Made by a program: the position numbers and the translations under genes
Notes under the pieces: model-generated
What the model saw: the letters and a program-made list of their open reading frames with translations, nothing else
The model's database searches: none
Told to the model about the DNA's origin: nothing
Shown here: positions 13,565 to 27,116 of the stretch, piece after piece
Layout: every line of letters begins with the position of its first letter
Position numbering within the stretch: the stretch's first letter is position 1
Assembly (NCBI GenBank): GCA_035084275.1
Contig: CM068750.1
Location: 8,866,001 to 8,930,000, forward strand
DNA: 64,000 bases
Reading direction: 5' to 3'
From: Hydrolagus colliei
Taxonomy: Eukaryota

Positions 13565-14340
13565 TACTGCGGGAAATTGGTTAAGGTTCAACTTCTCTTG
13601 TCTGTTTTGAAAGTGGCAAGTATCCAAATAGGAGTCAAGAAACAGCATACCCCCCACCACATCTCCCCCCCCACACACCCAACCATGAACATTTGCACTA
13701 GTCTGGGTACGTCCGTGTTCGATCGGTATGACATAAATCTAGAAATATTGAAAGAACATTTATTTTGTTTGCCACCACTGCTCTGTGTATGATTTTTTTT
13801 GGACAAACCAAGAGTTGATGACACCCAGCAGGCATGGCTAAGAGCCGGCATAACACAGAGGAAATTATAACTGCAAGAATTCATAACTGGTCACTTCAGC
13901 ACTCGACCTTGACGAACAGTTGGTTAAGGAAGAGCCATGCTCCATGGAACACCAACGATATGTGATATGTGCTGCACCTTGGGGACAATTTCAATCTTTT
14001 TACTACTTTTTAGTATTCTTCCATTTGGAAAACAAGCATAAATCATATGAATCTGCCCCAAACGGTAGACACTTATTTGAAAAGATTTTTAAAAATATTG
14101 ATAGCAGTACTATGGTTTGAACATGCTTTGTTCTCATGACTCCCTTCGCTCTGCGCATACTTGCATTGGAAAGGCATTTTTAACTTTAAAACTTGTATAA
14201 CGAGGTTCTCCCAACCTGCGGAAAAAGCAGTTGGAGTGCGACATGGATCAACCATGACAAGCTCATTGGCAGAGTGCCTCATTGTTGGATACTTGCCATC
14301 TTGAAAACAGACAAGCTGAACCTTAACCAATTTCAGTGTA
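13565..14340. mobile_element. Segment bounded by about 55-bp inverted repeats (old non-autonomous DNA transposon or inversion scar)
   Basis: 13573-13627 GAAATTGGTTAAGGTTCA...TTGTCTGTTTT...TGGCAAGTATCCAA matches the reverse complement of 14285-14334; TA near both outer ends. Confidence 0.6.
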
Positions 14341-15924
14341 GCTGCATTTAAATACTTGGCATCTTTTCTCTATTTGACAGGGTCAGGAAGATGCACCGTC
14401 AAAGACATTAACAGTGGCATAGAGGAGAAGTTCTCTTCTTCTTTGTATCCTGTACTTAATCCACAAGGATGAAGGTTTTAATACCAACATTACTTATGCA
14501 CGGTCACTAAATTTTATCAAAACTTTTAAAGTGCTTTAAGACATTCTCCACATTAGAGGAAAGATGTAAAATGCAAGGATTATTATTATTGTTACTGCTT
14601 GGGTAGGTTTCAATGGCTACACTGAAGCTGTTGCTTCATAATGAAGAATAAAGAACACAGATGTAAGGTCACCACATCTACCTTGGAGACAATCATACCT
14701 AAATACGAATGGAATTTTACTTGGAAAATGTGATTAAGCAAGTTTCAAAACTATGCAGTGGTTATTTCTAAAATTACTCACTTTTTATGATGTCCAGTGG
14801 CAGATAAAGTTTGATTTGGTTTTAGCCTATTTAGCCAAAAGCACTCATCACTTCCACAAGAATGTCCTGAAATTAATTCTGAAATTGAACGGGCAGACAG
14901 TTACATAACGTTGAACCAGAATTTTTGATGTGAAGATATGCTTAAAATGAATACAATTGGCTTAAGATGGCGATCTGAATTGTCCCTTTGTGTTTATGCA
15001 ACAGCTTTGGCCCTCACATGGAATCTACCGACCACCTGTAAATTGTCTTAATGAAAAGTTGCTGAAATCTGGCCTTTTAGCTGCCACTTATTTTGCAGAA
15101 TATAGTCCAGACTTATGGGCACCCTTGAGTGAACAGGACAATGCCAGGTTCCAGGGCCAATAAATAGGTGATAGGAGACTTTTTGGAGCAAAAAAAAATT
15201 CTAATGCAATCTGTGCATGTATGAGTGTGTCTGAGTGTGCACATGAGTTGACAGCGCAGCAACTGAATGCTGGTTGATTGCTGTATATTTTCAAGCAAGA
15301 CCTCAATGCAGAAAATTAAAATGAATTGTCAAAAGTGTGATATACTCATAAATTAGTACATCTATGCTGCCACCCAACAGAAAATATTTAAAGGAAAGTT
15401 TACTTCTGCCAGGATATTTGTGGTTATGGATCTTGGATTCAACGTTCAAGGACTCGGAAGAGGATCGTTAGCCAGATTTCCCACTTGCGTTGATGCTCAG
15501 GTTTGTGCTTGCCTGTAAAGCTTCCTCGATCAAAAGTGACTATCTTAGATGAACTCACACATGAACAATGGCACGTCGGGTGAATTACTGGAGGGTTGCA
15601 AGTACCCATACACCCATATCTCAACTTGCATTTCTCATTCCACACTTTATGATTTGATTAGTCATAACTTTCACAAGAGAAGTGAAATAACGGAGGAGCT
15701 CTCACGGGGAATCGTTCAATCCTTTTCTTTCTGCATTGTTAAACTCCATCATTATTATTCATCCCTTGCTGTAAATAACCTGCTGACCTTTCCATGACAG
15801 CTTGCAGAAGTAATTTATTCCTGGAAGCCTGCAATGAATTTCTCAACCCAGTCTCAAATGTCTGCCCAGATTCTGTCTTTAGTTTAGTTATGCTGTGTAA
15901 ATTAAGCCTTTCTCTAGCTCGTAC

Positions 15925-16190
15925 TAGCTGTAGGTCTGGCTCAGTTGGTAGCACTTCACCTATGAGTGGTTCAAGCCCCACATCTGCACTTGAGCTTCTC
16001 ATCTAGGCTGACCCTCCACTTCCACTGCAGTACAGTGCTGGGGGAGTTCTGCATTGTTGGAGCTGATGTTATTCAGACAAGATGTTAAACTGATGTCCTG
16101 TCTGCCTATTCAGATGGATGCTAAAGTGCTCATACACTTCCTGAAAAAGAGAAGAGACTTTCTCCCAGTGTCCTGGCCAACAGTTCCTCA
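15925..16190 (+). mobile_element. Older tRNA-headed Deu-domain SINE
   Basis: TGGCTCAGTTGG A box, GGTTCAAGCCC B box, core CAGATGGATGCTAAAG...TTCTCCCAGTGTCCTGGCCAA. Confidence 0.75.
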
Positions 16191-17309
16191 TAGCTTCAAT
16201 CAATTCCTATTGACGCACAGCAATTTTGCACTGGAAGTAGACCATATCAGAATGGAATTCCAGAGTGGTTGGCTTGCTGTATTTCCATTTACTGGAAGAG
16301 ACAAAATTTGTGAAATTTAGTTTCTTTATTATGGAATCCCATGGATAAATACCTGAAATCAGATCCCACTCACCATTATGTTTATACCCAAATGTATTGA
16401 CTTAACATTTAATATCCTGCAATCGTCATCTGTCCTATTCTTTACTTGAATCATAGTTCCTTTTGCTATTGTGGCACATTCAATTGTTCCTCCATTGAAT
16501 GCGTCTTGAGTTCTAGCATTCTATTTTGTTATTCTAGCTTGAACATAAAATGTATTCTTTCTTTACCCCCTTGTAACTCGAAACAGCTTTCCTGCTCCTC
16601 CTCTTCATATTCATATCCCAACCAGCTTTCCTTCAATTCCTTCATATTTTTAACAGTCCCGCCACTTCCGCTCTAGTTTGAAAATATATTGTATGTTTCT
16701 CTAAAGTGACAATTAAGTATCACTTAGATTATTGGATTATTGCGGGTAGCAGGGAGTCAATGGACTAAGAAGATTAACTCTTCTCCAGAAGTCAATTGCA
16801 TGTCACAATGCCATGCGGTCAAAAAGCATGTGGCTGGAATGTTTGTCCCTAGGGTTACACCAAGAAAAATAAACCAGTGTCCGAGTTCTGGGAAAGACTT
16901 TCTTAGACGTTCTGTTATGTAGGAAGAAACCTAATGCCACGACCTTTTGAAGTAGTGGAGAAATATTTATGTGCACGTCTAGTCTCGCACTGCCCTCAAT
17001 GTGTGAGTTGTTCTTATAAACTGAGCCCTTCGTGAGACAGGTTAATTTACTACTGATACCTTTCTGTTGCTTCTGCTTAAATTATTCAGGTGCATGCTTG
17101 AACCATTTTTTACTTGAACAGGATCTGCTGTGTGGTGAGCAGCAATTTACATGTCAGACTGTAACATTTGGCAGAGTTAATAATCTACCCACTATCCTCA
17201 TCTTTTCTGTGGTGTTGGAGAGTTTGGACTGCTTGTACAGCATTAGCTATATCATGCGAGCTTTGGACTCATGCCGAGAATCCCAGGCTCAATAGGCAGT
17301 CACACTCAC

Positions 17310-17357
17310 GTTTTGCCCTAATGAGCACGTTTCATCAGACTTGGCCAGCCAGGTCAT
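17310..17357 (-). CDS. Candidate 48-nt symmetric exon, MTWLAKSDETCSLGQN
   Basis: Acceptor CTCTCTCTCTGTTTCACAG, donor AAC|GTGAGT; only the phase-0 frame is open. The pyrimidine tract is a (CT)n repeat, so chance is possible. Confidence 0.4.
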
Positions 17358-20190
17358 CTGTGAAACAGAGAGAGAGAGAGAGTGGGTTGCGGGTAAATCA
17401 AGTCAGGTATAAGCCTGACTTTTGAATTCCAGAAAACAGTAATGGGATCACCAAGATATCTGTATAATCTGCTTTCCTGAGCTGTTAGAAATAATAATTA
17501 GCAGTTTTACAAAATATTAGCAGTTAATAGATAGATTGAAAGATCAATGCAGACACATTGTGATATTGGACAAATTGTATAAGCCCGAATTTTCAGCAAG
17601 CTGCAACAGTACAAAGGCTATCTGTATAGACTGTCTTTCATTATTTATGCAGATGGATAGTTGCTAAAGTCGATGTAAATTTTGTCATCTTCAATAAGAT
17701 CATAACACTTGGGCTTCCAACTTTCTCAGGCAGAGTATGGCTTTCCCTCTTGTTTTTCCTCTCGATCTGCAAAGTCTAAATAAAGGAGTAATATATAAGG
17801 AGTGGGCAATGCTCTTAACATGGAAAATATATCTCTGTGGTAAAAAGCAAATGTAATTAAAGAGAGAGATCAAGAAATGTCTGAAATAAACATATGTTCA
17901 CTGCGAAATATAAAGGAAGCCTCAATGCAAATGCTACATCTTTTGGCAGGTCACCAAAGCATCAACCCCAGCCTCTACATTCTCTGGTTTGGTGGTCACA
18001 CGAATGTTCAAGGTTATGTTTAATATATTGAAGTTGCAGTGACCTGAAAATCATAAATAACTTTTACTTACTTTATGACATGTTTATGGAACATTGCAAA
18101 TTGGCTGCTGCGTTTACCCACAAGATACAGTCACTGTACTTTACAGTACATCCTCTGAAGTGCTTGGAGACATCCTCCTGAATGATGTGAATGGCGCTAT
18201 ATGAGATGTAAGAATTGTTTATTGATTTTTCTACTATGTTCTATTCATCTTTCTGCCTAAGGTTGCACTACATTTCATCTGTCTGGGTGACAAGGTAGTG
18301 TCCACTTTCTCACATGTCTTCCATTGAAAAAGCAAACACTATATCACCCTATTTATAGGTTAGGAATTTTAAAGAAGACAGAAATGAGAAAGGCTATTCA
18401 CCTCCTCTGCCCCCTCCCTCTCATCCACCCATCAAACAAGCACCTATCTAGTATGTAAAAACTTTCTGACGGCTAATATATGGCCATCATTTTCAGAAGA
18501 CATAATCATTGCTGGTGAATTGAGAAACATTGTTCCATTGACAACTAGGAAATAATAGCATCTACTATATAGTTTTCACGCATTCTGAGCCTTTAAGTGT
18601 AATTAATAACAATTGAATAAAATAAGATTGCAAAGCACAAAGTTGATCAGCTTTTCATAATACTGTATAACTATATTCTGTCCATGTATTGTGGTACAGA
18701 CAGTTTGAATGCTCCTTTTGGTAGTACTCATGATAAACCCAGCTATTAGCTGTCAGAAAGCACATATTATAGCAGCTGTAACGGTTGATTAAGGGGAACA
18801 TTATGTATAATAATAACCCAGCTGCTTTTTTTTAACCATCAATTTCTATACTGAGAGTTTTGGCTGTTTCACTTGTCGTTGTAAAGCATTTTGAAAGATC
18901 TTTCTGTCTTAATAGAGCTGATTTTCACTTTGCGAATTTGTTTGAATTTTGTCATATGAATGGGCAAAGAAGAGTGTAAATCTGGAATGAAAAATTGATG
19001 GAAAGTAAGAATCTCATTTGATGATGAAAGTAGGTACTGAGATGTAAGAACATTAGAAAGCATGGAACAAGAAAAAGCCATTAGGCACATCAAACCCACT
19101 GCTTACACACAACATCCAGCTGATCATTGATTTCATTTCGGATGCTTCATCTCCAAGAAGAATATTTCCTACAGCATCCCACCTTACCGAGGTAAGCAAT
19201 TATAAGCTCCAAAATAGTCAACCATCCTCACCTCTTACCTCCCTTAGCCTCCTTCCCTACACTGGCCAGATACTGTCAGCCCTAGTAGAACAAGCATTCT
19301 TGTGACTCATAGGGTAGTATTCAGTTTGCACCTTGATCCTCCGATGTTGTTCTTCAGTAAATAGTTGAGGTGTTTTTTGGGGCCATAACCTATCCTACGT
19401 AAATTGCTGCTGTTTGGATTCTATTTCACACATCTATTATTCAAATATTGTGCTGCTTGAGTCTTTTTAATTTTAAACCTTTACCTCAAGTTCTGCTCTC
19501 ACAGTCTCAAGTTAAACTGTATAAGTTTCCACATGGCTAGAGGCTATGTAAGTTCAAACTCTTTCGAAATGTATCTCTGATTGTTTGTAGACTGCTAAAC
19601 TTGAGAATGAGCATGTAACTGGAGACAATATGCAACAAATGTTTTTCAGTCATCACCAACTACAGTTTAATGTGTGGAAAGGAAATCTGGCTGACTTTGT
19701 TTGGTAATTAACAGACAGCATGACCATTGAATAACAGGATCTGTGTTCTGATGTATTGTCCTTTCAATTGTATCAGTAGAGTCATTGCAGAGTCTGTGAT
19801 GCACGTCATTACCCAGCTGAAAGAGCAGTCAAGTTCTTTCTGATACTCATCCTCTCTGCAATTCCTCTCTTTAGGCTTTGCTCAAATATGGAAGTACGGA
19901 AGAACAGTATAAAGTGCCTCATCTGCTAGCTATTCCTATCACTTACTTTGGCAGCATTTTGCTTTCCCCTTGAGGGTCCAGCTGAAGTTGGGAGTTCCCA
20001 ACAGGCAAAGCCATGGATATGGATTAAACCAGTAATAACCAATCTTTATAATTGGCCAACAACAGTATGTTTCTATTCTGAAATCAGTATTGTTCTCTTT
20101 CAAACCAGTGCTAGTGTGGAATAGAAATGTTCACACACAGAACACACAGTCATCACTTTACCAGTAAAAATCCTGTGATACACTTTGGGA

Positions 20191-20478
20191 TAATAATTAT
20201 CCTTGCATTTGATATAGCGCTTTTCGCGTCTTCTGGATATCTCAAAGTGCTCCACGGAATATATTGTAAAGTGAATTGGCTGTATATTTGTGGGTGAGAC
20301 AGCAGTGTCCCACGAACAGTTGTATATTAAAATGATATTTATATTGTATTTTTTGAGGGATTATTATCAGGAGTGTGGAGTAAGGAAACTTGCCCAAGTT
20401 TTCGCCCCCGCCTGGATTCAAACCCAAATCTCTCGCCTGCAAGGTGACTGCTCTAACCACTGAGCTACAGGACTCCAT
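20191..20478 (-). mobile_element. Full-length tRNA-SINE inserted into the tail of an older plus-strand SINE
   Basis: Antisense head CTCTAACCACTGAGCTACAGGACTCC; the host tail CCTGTGATACACTTTGGGATA resumes as ATATCCTCCAAATGTGAAAG after the insert. Confidence 0.9.
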
Positions 20479-23400
20479 AATATCCTCCAAATGTGAAAGA
20501 ATTATGAAGATTATTGTAATTATTTACTATTATCACCAGCCAGTCTTGACACTGTGTAATAAAAACTGATTTGGTACTTATGAAGTCTGCTTATATTGTC
20601 ATGGGCCTCCAACAGGATTTGACAGGGTTGGTGAGGCCTCTCACAACCTGACCAGAGTCTTTCATGTGATACCAAAGGGATTTGCCTGCAGAGATTAGCA
20701 CTCTCTTAGGTAATGGTTGGGTTGACTGTAGTCTGCTGTGTAATACCAGAAGGCCAAAAGAGGCAGAGGTTAGTCAGAATGTATTGTATGATCTTGAGGA
20801 GTCCTGACATCAGGAAGTACCTCCTGCAATTCAGCTGACCACATCTGTCAATCCAGCCTTTCCAAGTGGCCAAACTACAACACTACTATTAAATTGAAGG
20901 TTAGACATATTATTGTGTATACAACACTAAAGGCTTTACTGCAGAATTCCTATGTTAAATATAAAGAATCATTGTAAGCAGAGGAGCACTGGAGCGGTTT
21001 TGTAATCTGTCAATGTCAGTCCCATGCAAGTGTTTCCAGAATTATTTTCAGGTCAGGATATTTGGCACCCGAATTCTATCATCTTTGCCTCTTCTTGTCT
21101 TTCTCCTGTTGAGTGATCCAGGGTGGAATTCTCCTCCTATTCCAGATGAACAGGGAAGGAATCTGTCCAAGAGAGCAGATTAAAAGATACAAAGCCTGGA
21201 GAAGCGTCAGATAAAGGCAAGGGAAGGATTAAAAGACTTTAATAAGGTGTAGATTTAAAAAAGGACTAGATTTTAAAATGAATTACCGGGCAAGACTTGT
21301 GTCTGCTAAGCAGCTAACCAAAATCTGTGGAAAAATGGTGGTGAAAACATTCCACTAATCAGCATAAACCTGAGGATTGTCAATATACATTTTGTGAGCC
21401 AAACCTCACCTCAGTTAACACAATCAGACTTTTCTAAGAATATGGTGCGAACTTTACAAATGCAATAATTGGTTGGTTTCCATGCTGGCCCAGTAACTGC
21501 GCACTCAAGCAATGTTGAGACAGTACATGGCAGTACAGTATTTAAATGTAATGACTGTCCCAAGAATATATAAAATATCTCAATGCAAGATTTTATAATG
21601 AGGTAGTCCTTATAGATTGGGCAAAACTTATGGTTTTCCTTAACATACTCCTTAATTCCTTAAAATGCTCCTATTAATTAGGGCAAGGAACATGTTAAGG
21701 AATACCTACAGTTTGCCTTCATGATTTATTCAAAATGATCTTTTAGCCATTAGATTCTCCATAACCAATTAGAGGGAAAAATAAAATGAAGCTGCACTCC
21801 ATTATGCAGCCTAGTTTTGTAATTGTTCTTTAAAAAATATGGGTCTTAGTGGAGTTTAAATAAATGCACTTAATAATCCTCCCTTTCCAATTAGATTGTG
21901 GTTTAATAGAAGGTAACTGGATTCAATGATTGAGTTTTTATTGTAGTAGTACAGTATCTATTTTACTGGATGGGACTTGTTTGTCTGTGGCTTTGGGCAT
22001 AAACTGACTGCACATATCTTGCTGGAAAGAAGATAAGTCAAGAACGCTCCTGTTCAAAGCAAACTCTAATATCATCTGATCTGTATTTGTTAATCTCAAA
22101 GCTGTTCCTACTGATTGGCAGGTCATGCATGCCCAGAGCTCTTTAACTTCAACATACGATACAGTTGAGCTAAAAAACAATCTGGCAGCAAGTTACAGGA
22201 GGTAATTCATCTGAATGATTTTGATAAAGTCATAAAGCACAAGAGCAGAATTTAAACGCTGTTGCCGTTAGCAGGAACCACAATTAAATTATACTCCCTC
22301 ACAGACATTTTTTGTTTTCTTGATATGTAGGAATTGTTCTCTTTTTTAAAAAAAGGTTTAATTTCAAAGCCTGTAGAAGAGGTGAGCAGAAATGGGAGGA
22401 GTGAAGCAATTAAGATAATAGTGACGCGGGAAGTGAAGGTAGATTGTCAAGTGACCTTCAGTTTATCTTTGAAATTGACCCAATTCTTCAGCTGGGAATA
22501 GGAAATACGCAGCCTACTGTATCAAAATAAAGAATAGTAATCCTTGAATTTGATATTATCACCTTTCACGCCAGGTGGACATCTCAAAGAACTTCAGAGA
22601 AAATACTGTAAAATGTTGTGACTGTGTATTTTGCAGCCAATTTCATTTTGTATGCTATTTGATGCATGTATTATACATAACTGATTTTTGCTTAAATAGT
22701 TTAATTATAACGTTAGCTGTCTCTCTCACAAATAGTCCAGAATGGATGATGATGGTCAGGGATATCATAGAGTCAGCTGTCTTTGATACTTTTACTGTTA
22801 TGGTTTTTGAGAAGTGTTAGTGAAAATAAACAATGCTGCTTCATGGAAAGAGCACTACGTGTGTCCTGCTCTACAATATTTGTAGAGTGAAGAAAACTGT
22901 CTGCATACCATGTGAGTGAAAATCTTTTGACTAATCCACAGGTCAGATCTGAGAGTTATTCAAACATTGTCTCGCACTGTGTTCTACTCTTTTTTTCTTC
23001 TGTGTTCTTTCCTCCCCTTTCCTTCTGTCCCCTCATCACACACATACACACACATGTACACAGACATCTCTTCTTGCTCTGCTATAGGTTGTTTTGACAT
23101 TCTACTGGATTAACATGAGGATCCTCTGTTACTCTGTCTATGCTTGGTCTGAACTGAACTGTGACAGACTGTTTGAGCAGCAATGCGATTGAGACCAATC
23201 CTGACGATATGCGCTTCTCCTGGGAGACAATCACTGGGCAGCAATCAGAAGTGCACGTTATCCAATTTCCTCTCTTTACTCCAGGTGATGGACCAGATTA
23301 TGTCACCATGATTGTTACCACAGATGAGATAGGATAATTGTCATGGTCCAGGGATCAAGCCTGTGCTGTATGACTTCGCTGCTCACCAAGTAAAAGTAAT

Positions 23401-24819
23401 GTATTGCGAGTTCTTGATGAGGTAAATGAACTCTGTGCAAACGTTTTGCAAATTCTAGTTTGATGGGAGTTATTCTATGAACAGTGAGTTGTGATTTTTG
23501 GGAGTGTTCTACAGCAAAGCAATTTTAAAAACTCACACAAAATACACAATCTCTCGACTTTACAGTAATTCCTGTGAAGCTTTTTGGGACATCCGCCTGA
23601 TTGGAAAAAGTTTTATCAAATGTAAGGATTATTATTATTATTATTATTACTATTCATGACATATATATTTTCTACCTATGTATATCTACATTTTTAGCAT
23701 CAAATCAGATTTGTCTTTTGTCTTCTATTGCCCCTAATCTTCCCCGCCTAGTGTTAGAAAATTTGAATAATTCGGATTAGGTTCCAGTTACAAAATTATT
23801 TCTGTAGATTAGAAACAATAAATCTCAAAGCATATTAACACTCATTGAGAATTTCCACCTTCGAGCTGAAAATAGACTGCTGTTGTATTCTTCTAAACGG
23901 TTCCTTAACCAGTCCAATATTCTATTCTGGAATCCTGCAGCTTTTAGTTAATTAGTTGTGTTTTTTTGGGTGGTACTTTGTTAAAAAAATATCTATAAAG
24001 TCTATAATGAGGAAAACATATAGGGTGTGCCAATAACTGCTGACAGTGTGATTATGGGCATATTGTTGCTGCATTGTGGTATGCCACAGAATGATGAGAT
24101 GTGGCTTTGTGTCTCTGATTGCCCACAGTGAATGTCTGATCACAGGCTGTGATGTTAGTTACCCAACAACTTCACACAGGCTCCCTATAGAGAGTCAACA
24201 TCATCGAACAGTCTGCCTTTCAGTGCCATTGTCAATAATCTGGGGATTTTCTTGGCCTCTAGGTTTCTTGGGTTTGTGTTGTCACAAATTGTGTTTATAA
24301 TAACCTGTCTAACCTGCATCAGGAAATGAGCTGAACTGGTGTGTTCTTGCAGATTGTTTTTGTGGCAGTGTCATTCCACACTGTGGTGGCCGTGGTGAGC
24401 ATTGGTAAGCATGCTTCTGCTTTAGATGAAGTGGATGTCATTAAAAAAATCCACTAGGTTACCGGTCTGCCACAACCAAAATATTGAAACACTTTGGGAA
24501 AGATGAGTACTGAGAGTTTCACAAGTGCATTCCACAAAGCAAAATCATTTTGGGGGGAATGCAGGCTTTGAAGGTGAAAAATCATGTAACTCGCCTTTCT
24601 GAAGTTACTTTTGAAATCTCTAACTCTAGAAGGAGACTGCGGACAATATCCATTTAATATATAATCGTTACATTTGATATAACGTCTTATCATGTGGTTG
24701 AGATGTCTCAAACCGCTTTTCCAGAATATACTCCTAAGTAGAGTGTCTATGTATTTTATGGGCAAACATTTCTGTAATTTAAGTTCAAGTAGTTTAGGTA
24801 GTATCATTTAAGATTTTTC

Positions 24820-24951
24820 AGTCAACAACAACAACTTTGATTTATATAGCGCCCTCCACACTGGACAGCGTGTCAGAGCGCTTCACAATAGCCGATCACG
24901 GGACCGAGCCAGGGGCAGGGGGAGGAAGGTGACCAAGAGAAAAAGTCAACA
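24820..24951 (-). mobile_element. 5'-truncated L2 with 8-bp TSD AGTCAACA
   Basis: AGTCAACA at 24820-24827 and 24944-24951 brackets an antisense L2 tail. Confidence 0.75.
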
Positions 24952-25215
24952 GGACTATTATTGAAATGGCTGGACACAATTGATTTTGTGGTTAGTTATT
25001 CTGTACATAATGTGATATAAAGCAACAGCTTTGCCTCAGCGAGGGTTTCTCCTTTAGCAATTGAGTCATGAATAATAGGCTGGAGACTTTCATATGGATA
25101 TGATGGATTCCACCAAAATAAACATTAAAAAGTGGCCAGCAAATCTTAGGAAAAAGCCGTTTCATCGTGAGTGGAAAAGCCAAATGGTGCAAAACAGTGG
25201 TTTCTGATGACACAC

Positions 25216-25384
25216 GGCTCCACCCCCTCTTGGTGGTTTCGTAGTAGCATTTCCACTGTGGACAGAACTTTGGCTGGTTGTAGCAATCCACGGCACTGAG
25301 AATCCATTCGTATTTCTGCTGGAAGCCGAATTGGGCATTGCAGAGATTGTTGCAAACCGAACTAAATGTTCTGCTTTGCATTTT
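25216..25384 (-). CDS. Candidate coding exon KMQSRTFSSVCNNLCNAQFGFQQKYEWILSAVDCYNQPKFCPQWKCYYETTKRGWS (frame stays open to 24992)
   Basis: Acceptor GTGTTTATAG, phase 0; strong bias to C/G-ending codons in this frame; CpGs retained; possible donor C|GTGTGT about where the codon bias ends. Confidence 0.4.
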
Positions 25385-27054
25385 CTATAAACACTAATGA
25401 TGATAATTATCAAATTACAACACAATTCTAATGCTCGAGCACTTAATAATGGCTAATTATAGCAATTATCAATGTCAAGATGCATAATGCTGAACTAGAC
25501 TTCAGTGCCTCAAATTAGTATCTCTCTCAGAGACTGTAATATCACTGTTTGCTACTTTGCTCTGCGGGACAAAAGGTTATTTATACCACACTATTTTCGT
25601 TTAGTTCACTTCTGATTGTTTCTTTTTGTTGCCAATATTTTTGTACAGATGTTGATACATGTCACCTTAGCTTTCTTTGGGATAAGAGCCATAGCTTTAT
25701 TAACTTTCCAGGACCTAGCTCTAGGTGGGAAAACTGAAGATATTTTGGCTAAGGCTGAAATTTTCATTGGCTCCGGGACAGTTGGCTGCAGAATTGTCCA
25801 AATTAATTCAAATCCTTTCCCGGCAGCTAATCGTTTGGTCAATTGAGAACTGAAGCTATATTGTAGGCTTGTGACACTCTTGTGGGCATCAGCCCGGCTC
25901 ATGTGGTAGTACTTTTTCCTCTGAGTCAGAAGTTTGTGGGTTGAAGGACCTCATTGGGACTCTGAGCTCTAGTTCTAAGCTGGACCTCTAGTGCGCTTCC
26001 AATGCTGTGCCACCCAGAATGGAAAAGTTCCTGCCAACTTGTGGTGCCCGCAGCAGACCTGCGGAAAGGAGTGGCTAGAAGCAAGGTCAGCCATACTAAT
26101 GTTTGCATTGCAGTGTCTATTACCAATATTGAAGCACTGCTTGATCAGGTCAAATCTATCCCCAAATATGCTCATCTGAAAAGAGTGAAAAACATAATGC
26201 TCCATATCAGATTCCCCTTTTCTTTTTGAACAATATCATACAATCTTTAACATCCACTTGAGCAGGTAAACAGGACTTTGTTTTTAATGCCCCATCTGAA
26301 CGATGGCACCTCTGAAATGCCTTGCTCGCCCAGTGCTCGCCCCGTGCTCAAAGTCCCATGAAGGTCAACAATTTTGTTTATTGGTGGTAGTAAATGCCAA
26401 AATATATTCCAGCAAACCCACATGGAAATATGTTGACATCAGTGACGCTGATTGGCATGCTCAGCAAGAGTAGCTAGAGGTTGTTCCCTACCCACTGAGC
26501 AGCAGAACGTTTGGCAGCCAAAGATCCAAACCATAAACGTCAGCACCAGAATTTTTGTAGGCAAGTATTTACATAAGATGGTGGTCAGCTGAGCGGGCAG
26601 GATATGGTGCATTCTTCCAGTTAAGCCGTAAAACATATTTTTAGCAATTATAACTATAGTGTAGTCGGTTTCTAGTTTCTTGATGGGTTCACAGTTCTTT
26701 TCTAAACAATCAAATATAATTCCTGGAAATAGCTACAACTGGAAGCCCTTCATGAAATGTGCCCCAATGAATAATGCCCAGATGTTCATTTTCCAAAGTT
26801 GCACAAGTTTCCTGATAGAATTTGTATTATTCCAGATTTACGTTTATTTTATTTCTGACCAATTTCCCTTCTTTAATGTTTCTTCCCTCTGCTGAAGGTA
26901 TTTTACTCCTCTGTCCCATCATTGCTGTATGGTTCTTTGGTTTTCCAGTGGTGCCTTTCCCAAATGGCTATCATTTATTCATTTGTATGTAAATCTTGAT
27001 AGTAAATGCTCACCAACTATTCAACTGTATAGGTATTGCATTCAACCACAGGAG

Positions 27055-27116
27055 CTTTATCCTCAACCAACATCAATGCAAAAGTCTTTATCCTCAACCA
27101 ACATTAATGCAAAAGT
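27055..27116. repeat. 31-bp tandem duplication
   Basis: CTTTATCCTCAACCAACAT(C/T)AATGCAAAAGT twice. Confidence 0.9.

Noticed and set aside
21938-22169. Possible terminal exon STVSYVEVKELWACMTCQ...
   Set aside because: Short acceptor, no codon bias or recognisable motif; an ORF of this length is expected by chance.
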